Origin: an uncultured Microthrixaceae bacterium
GTDB taxonomy: Bacteria > Actinomycetota > Acidimicrobiia > Acidimicrobiales > DATDAH01
NCBI GenBank assembly: GCA_963845425.1
Contig: CAWJSC010000017.1
Location: forward strand, 123,843 to 187,842
DNA: 64,000 bases
Direction of reading: 5' to 3'
Positions 60,471-64,000 of this stretch are shown here, piece by piece; position 1 is the stretch's first letter; the number at the start of each line of letters is the position of its first letter. Position numbers and translations under genes: made by a program. The notes under the pieces are model-generated. The model ran no database searches. It was given only the letters and a program-made list of their open reading frames with translations, and had not been told where the DNA came from.

Positions 60471-62708
60471 ATGGTGAACGACGTCACCCACCTGCGTACC
60501 TGCCCGTTGTGCGAGGCCATGTGTGGCCTCGAGGTCACCGTGCGGGACGACCACGTCTCCCTCATCCGGGCCGACCGGGAGGACGTGTGGAGCCAGGGCT
60601 ACCTGTGCCCCAAGGGCACGACCCTCGGTCACCTCCACGAGGACCCCGACCGGCTGCGGGCCCCGCTGATCCGGGACGGTGACGGCTTCCGGGAGGTGAG
60701 CTGGCCGGAGGCGTTCGCCGAGGTGGAGCGCCTGCTCGCCCCGGTCCTGGCCGAGGACGGCGTCGACGCCGTGTCCTGCTACATCGGCAACCCGACGGCG
60801 CACAACTTCTCCCTCGGCCGCTACGCCGGGGCCTTCGTGCCGATGAGCGGCATCACCCAGCTCTATTCGGCGGGCACGGTCGACCAGTGGCCCAAGAACG
60901 TGGTGGCCACGCTGCTGTACGGGGGCATGTGGGACATCCCGGTGCCGGACCTGGACCGGGCGGACTTCGTCCTCATGCTCGGGGCCAACCCGGCCGCCAG
61001 CCAGGGCAGCCTCATGGCCTGTCCGGACGTGCTCGGGCGCATCGACGCCATCCGGGAGCGGGGTGGCCGCGTCGTGGTCGTCGACCCTCGCCGCACGAAG
61101 ACGGCCGACCGGGCGGGGGAGTGGGTGCCCGTCCAACCCGGTACCGACGCCCTCCTGCTGATGGCCATGGTCCAGGTGCTCTTCGCCGAGGGCCTGGTCG
61201 ATCTCGCCCACCTGGCCCCCCTGGTCGACGGCGTCGACGAGGTGGCCCGGCTGGCGACGCCCTTCACCCCGGAGGCGGTCGCGGCCGCCACCCGCGTCCC
61301 CGCGGACACCATTCGGGGCCTCGCCCGCAGCCTGGCCGCGGCCCCCGCGGGCGTCGTCTACGGGCGCATCGGCACCTGCAACCAGGAGTTCGGAACCCTG
61401 GCCTCCTGGCTGGTCGAGGTCCTGAACATCCTGACGGGCAACCTCGACCGCCCGGGTGGCTCCATGTTCGCCGACCCGGCGAGCTGGTCGATCATCTCGG
61501 TCCGGCCGCCGGACCAGGCCGACGGTTGGGCCTTCAACCGGTGGACCAGCCGGGTGCGGGGCGCGCCCGAGGTCCTGGGGCAGTACCCGGTGTCCTGCCT
61601 GGCCGAGGAGATCGCCACACCGGGTGACGGCCGCATCCGGGCGCTGGTCGTGATCGCCGGCAACCCCGTCATCTCCGCCCCCGACAGCGACCGGCTCGAC
61701 GCCGCCCTGCCCCAGCTCGAGGCCATGATCTCGATCGACAACTGGCTGAACGAGACCAGTCGCCATGCCCACGTGATCCTCCCGGGGCTGTCGGCGCTCG
61801 AACAGCCCCACTACGACGACCTCCTCTGGGGCTTCGCCACCCGCAACGCGGCCAACTTCTCCGAGGCCGTCTTCCCGCCTCCGCCGGACCGGCCCGCGGA
61901 GTGGGAGATCCTCCTGCGGGTGGCGGCCATCATCGGCGGCACCGCCGCGGTCGACGTGGATGTCGAGGGCTTCGACGACGGCTACTTCATGGGGGTGGTG
62001 ATGGCCAACCAGGCCCAGCCCGGCTCCCGCATCGCCGATCACGACCTGGCCGAGGTCCTCGAGGCGACGCCCGGCCGAGGCCCGGAGCGGATCCTGGACT
62101 TCGGGCTACGGGTCGGTCCCCACGGCGAGGGCTACGGGCGAGACCCCGACGGCCTGAGCCTCGCCAAGCTGCGGGAGCACCCCCACGGCATCGACCTCGG
62201 TCCGCTCGAGCCCCGCCTGCCGGGGATGCTGACCAGTCCCGGCCGACGCATCGACCTGGCCCCCGGCTACATCACCGGCGACCTCGACCGGCTGTCGGCC
62301 CGGATCGAGCGGGGCGACGAGGGCCTGGTGCTGGTCAGCCGCCGTCACCTCCGGTCCAACAACTCCTGGATGCACAACGTGAAGGTCCTGGTGAAGGGCA
62401 AGGACCGCTGCACGCTGGAGGTCAACACCGACGACGCCGAGCGCCTCGGCCTGGTCGACGGGGCCCGCGCCCGGATCAGCTCCGAGGCCGGCTCACTCGA
62501 GGTCCCCGTCGAGGTCACCGACACCATCACCGCCGGGGTGGTGTGCCTGCCCCACGGCTGGGGCCACGACAAGGAGGGAACCCGGCTGGCGGTGGCCCGC
62601 GAGCACGCCGGGGTCAACAACAACGTGCTGGCCCCAGGTCACCTGGTCGACGTCCTCAGCGGCAACGCCGTGGTCAACGGCATCCCCGTCGAAGTATCCG
62701 CACTCTGA
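60471..62708 (+). CDS. Molybdopterin-dependent oxidoreductase (formate-dehydrogenase-like MopB family)
   Basis: 745 aa. N-terminal 4Fe-4S motif CPLCEAMCG...CPKG. Typical MopB core and a C-terminal molybdopterin dinucleotide-binding segment (...GVVCLPHGWGH...). Confidence 0.9.
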   Translation: MVNDVTHLRTCPLCEAMCGLEVTVRDDHVSLIRADREDVWSQGYLCPKGTTLGHLHEDPDRLRAPLIRDGDGFREVSWPEAFAEVERLLAPVLAEDGVDAVSCYIGNPTAHNFSLGRYAGAFVPMSGITQLYSAGTVDQWPKNVVATLLYGGMWDIPVPDLDRADFVLMLGANPAASQGSLMACPDVLGRIDAIRERGGRVVVVDPRRTKTADRAGEWVPVQPGTDALLLMAMVQVLFAEGLVDLAHLAPLVDGVDEVARLATPFTPEAVAAATRVPADTIRGLARSLAAAPAGVVYGRIGTCNQEFGTLASWLVEVLNILTGNLDRPGGSMFADPASWSIISVRPPDQADGWAFNRWTSRVRGAPEVLGQYPVSCLAEEIATPGDGRIRALVVIAGNPVISAPDSDRLDAALPQLEAMISIDNWLNETSRHAHVILPGLSALEQPHYDDLLWGFATRNAANFSEAVFPPPPDRPAEWEILLRVAAIIGGTAAVDVDVEGFDDGYFMGVVMANQAQPGSRIADHDLAEVLEATPGRGPERILDFGLRVGPHGEGYGRDPDGLSLAKLREHPHGIDLGPLEPRLPGMLTSPGRRIDLAPGYITGDLDRLSARIERGDEGLVLVSRRHLRSNNSWMHNVKVLVKGKDRCTLEVNTDDAERLGLVDGARARISSEAGSLEVPVEVTDTITAGVVCLPHGWGHDKEGTRLAVAREHAGVNNNVLAPGHLVDVLSGNAVVNGIPVEVSAL

Positions 62709-62743
62709 CGCTCTGACCAGGAGAACTGCTGCGGAGTCGTAGC

Positions 62744-62890
62744 GGAGCAGCGCTGCCACCAGTTCGCCGATAGCTGCCGTAGGCAGCAGGAGCCGCGCAG
62801 GCGGCGACGAGGAATAGGGAGCAGCGCTGCCAATCGTTCGCCGATAGCTGCCGTCGGACAGCTTGGCCTCGCCGCGCAGGCGGCGACGAG
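62744..62890. repeat. Tandem direct repeat, 2 copies of about 74 bp, each with internal palindromes/hairpins, in a convergent intergenic region
   Basis: Both copies share three blocks: GGAGCAGCGCTGCCA (contains palindrome GCAGCGCTGC), TTCGCCGATAGCTGCCGT and GCGCAGGCGGCGACGAG (hairpin GCCGC-GCAG-GCGGC). The segments between them are divergent. Stop codons in several frames argue against coding. Confidence 0.75.
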
Positions 62891-62901
62891 AGATACAGAC
62901 C

Positions 62902-63396
62902 TCAGCCGTAGCGGGCGCCGCACCGGGGCCAGTGGCCGAGGCCGGAGGCGACGCGGACCCGTTCGGCCACCCGGGCCTGCCTCCAGGCCTCCTTCTGGTG
63001 GGGCATGCCGCTGCCGCCATAGGCCTCCCAGGTCCCCATGGAGAACTGCAGGCCGCCGTAGTGGCCGTTGCCGGTGTTGATGTGCCAGTTGCCGCCGCTC
63101 TCACAGTCGGCGACGCCCTGCCAGCGGTTCACCAGGGCCCGGCGCTGGCGGTTGACCTCGAGCTGGTACAGGTACGCCCGCAGGTTCCGGGCCTCGCGCT
63201 GGTAGGCGGTCCAGGTGTGGCCCGCGGTGCCCTGCCCGCCGAGGAACTGGCGGTGGCCGTGGTCGGCGTGCAGCCGGGCGATGTACTCAGCGTTGATCGT
63301 CGTGGCGCGGCCGGCCCCGGCGGTGCCGGCGCCGGTGGCCAGGGCCACCGCCGGCAGGGCGAGGGTCAGCAGGGTGAGCAGCACGATGCGGCGCAT
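62902..63396 (-). CDS. Secreted resuscitation-promoting-factor (Rpf)-like transglycosylase
   Basis: ATG 63396: MRRIVLLTLLTLALPAVALA signal peptide. C-terminal CESGGNWHINTGNGHYGGLQFSMGTWEAYGG is the Rpf-domain signature. Confidence 0.85.
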   Translation of the reverse strand: MRRIVLLTLLTLALPAVALATGAGTAGAGRATTINAEYIARLHADHGHRQFLGGQGTAGHTWTAYQREARNLRAYLYQLEVNRQRRALVNRWQGVADCESGGNWHINTGNGHYGGLQFSMGTWEAYGGSGMPHQKEAWRQARVAERVRVASGLGHWPRCGARYG

Positions 63397-63608
63397 GTTG
63401 TGGGGTGAGCCTCCTGGCGGCACCACCACGCGCGCGAGAAGCACGGCTGCGGGGGGAGGGAGTCGCCTGTCGGACCTGCGCTCGATGTGGTCGCGCCTGC
63501 GAATCGCCGGTTATCGGCGCACTCAGCAGGGGCCGTCGGCGCGGGCACTGTTCTTGGTCGTTGCCAACAGTGTCGTCATATTCGTCACCCAATTGAAACT
63601 TGCACCCG

Positions 63609-63644
63609 TGTGACTTGTGTCACTCACCTGTGACCGGCGTCACA
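63609..63644. promoter_or_regulatory. Two adjacent CRP/GlxR-type sites (TGTGA-N6-TCACA)
   Basis: TGTGACTTGTGTCACT (63609-63624, 9/10 half-site match) and TGTGACCGGCGTCACA (63629-63644, 10/10). Both sit in a low-GC stretch about 215-250 nt upstream of the rpf-like start. Confidence 0.55.
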
Positions 63645-63648
63645 ACGC

Positions 63649-64000
63649 TCAGCCGGGAACGGTGCGCAGCGGGGGCCCGTCGAGGGGGCAGCAGAGGTCG
63701 GCCGGGGCGGCGTCGGCCGCCTCCGGGCCGGGGCCGGTCAGCGAGACGAGGGCCACGACACCGGAGGACGCGGCCAGCCCGCCGGCGATCAGCAGGGCGG
63801 TTTGGAAGCCCTCGGTGAAGGCCGCCGGGTCGCCGAAGTCGTCGGCCGCGATGCCGGCCAGTCCGGGTAGGGCGGCCACGGCGAGGAGGCCGGCGGTCCG
63901 AGCCACCGTGTTGTTGACGCCGGACGCGATCCCGGCGTGACGCTCGTCGGCGGAGGCCAGCACGGTGGCGGTGAGCGGGGCCACCGTGGCCACGAGGCCG
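63649..64000 (-). CDS. MFS (DHA2/EmrB-QacA-like) transporter, C-terminal part only (5' end beyond window)
   Basis: The frame is open to the window edge: ...GLVATVAPLTATVLASADERHAGIASGVNNTVARTAGLLAVAALPGLAGI...LLIAGGLAASSGVVALVSL. This resembles the last TM helices of a 14-TM MFS. Confidence 0.7.
   Translation of the reverse strand, partial: GLVATVAPLTATVLASADERHAGIASGVNNTVARTAGLLAVAALPGLAGIAADDFGDPAAFTEGFQTALLIAGGLAASSGVVALVSLTGPGPEAADAAPADLCCPLDGPPLRTVPG

Noticed and set aside
62744-62890. Tandem repeat as a CRISPR array
   Set aside because: Only two units are present and they abut directly, with no unique spacers. There are no cas genes. The repeat length and internal structure are atypical.

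Overview
High-GC (about 70%) chromosomal segment of actinobacterial type. The taxonomic call rests on Rpf-like, MMPL, WS/DGAT, F420/LLM-type and DUF4012-like genes. I read about 55 protein-coding genes and found no rRNA, tRNA, CRISPR array, transposase or integrase. Most long ORFs in the track are antisense or off-frame GC artefacts. I chose real genes by protein plausibility, third-position GC, Shine-Dalgarno spacing and stop/start coupling.

Main blocks:
- 1-7493: minus-strand catabolic operon. It has a three-subunit xanthine-dehydrogenase-family enzyme, an L-type and a D-type carbamoylase, and a second fused Fe-S/Mo oxidoreductase that runs off the left edge. A stand-alone cNMP-binding protein sits immediately upstream in the same orientation.
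- 7050-22685: a cyclic-nucleotide island. It holds four CNB-domain proteins (two stand-alone, one patatin fusion, one MFS fusion), an MMPL exporter, a tandem class III cyclase-AAA-TPR protein, an MBL-receiver-like-GAF protein and a WS/DGAT.
- 24365-29724: a DUF4012-like protein, a 100-aa LPXTG mini-protein and an AmmeMemoRadiSam three-gene cassette.
- 32830-35750: two heavily frame-disrupted genes. One is GrdB-family with an in-frame TGA at a UxxC position.
- 37167-40477: reductive pyrimidine/hydantoin operon (beta-ureidopropionase-like, dihydropyrimidinase, LLM oxidoreductase).
- 43212-47147: desaturase divergent from a hemerythrin-fused P1B-type ATPase plus a truncated globin.
- 48-62 kb: housekeeping-like genes, including typA, a DEAD-box helicase fused to a cold-shock domain, FKBP, pcm and a molybdopterin oxidoreductase.
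- 62902-63648: an Rpf-like gene behind a long leader that carries two CRP-type sites.

A striking property is at least 23 apparent frameshifts clustered in nine genes. Intact stretches of 14 kb and 21 kb lie between the clusters.

All family calls come from motif recognition by eye, with no database search. Frameshift positions are accurate to roughly +/-10 nt.
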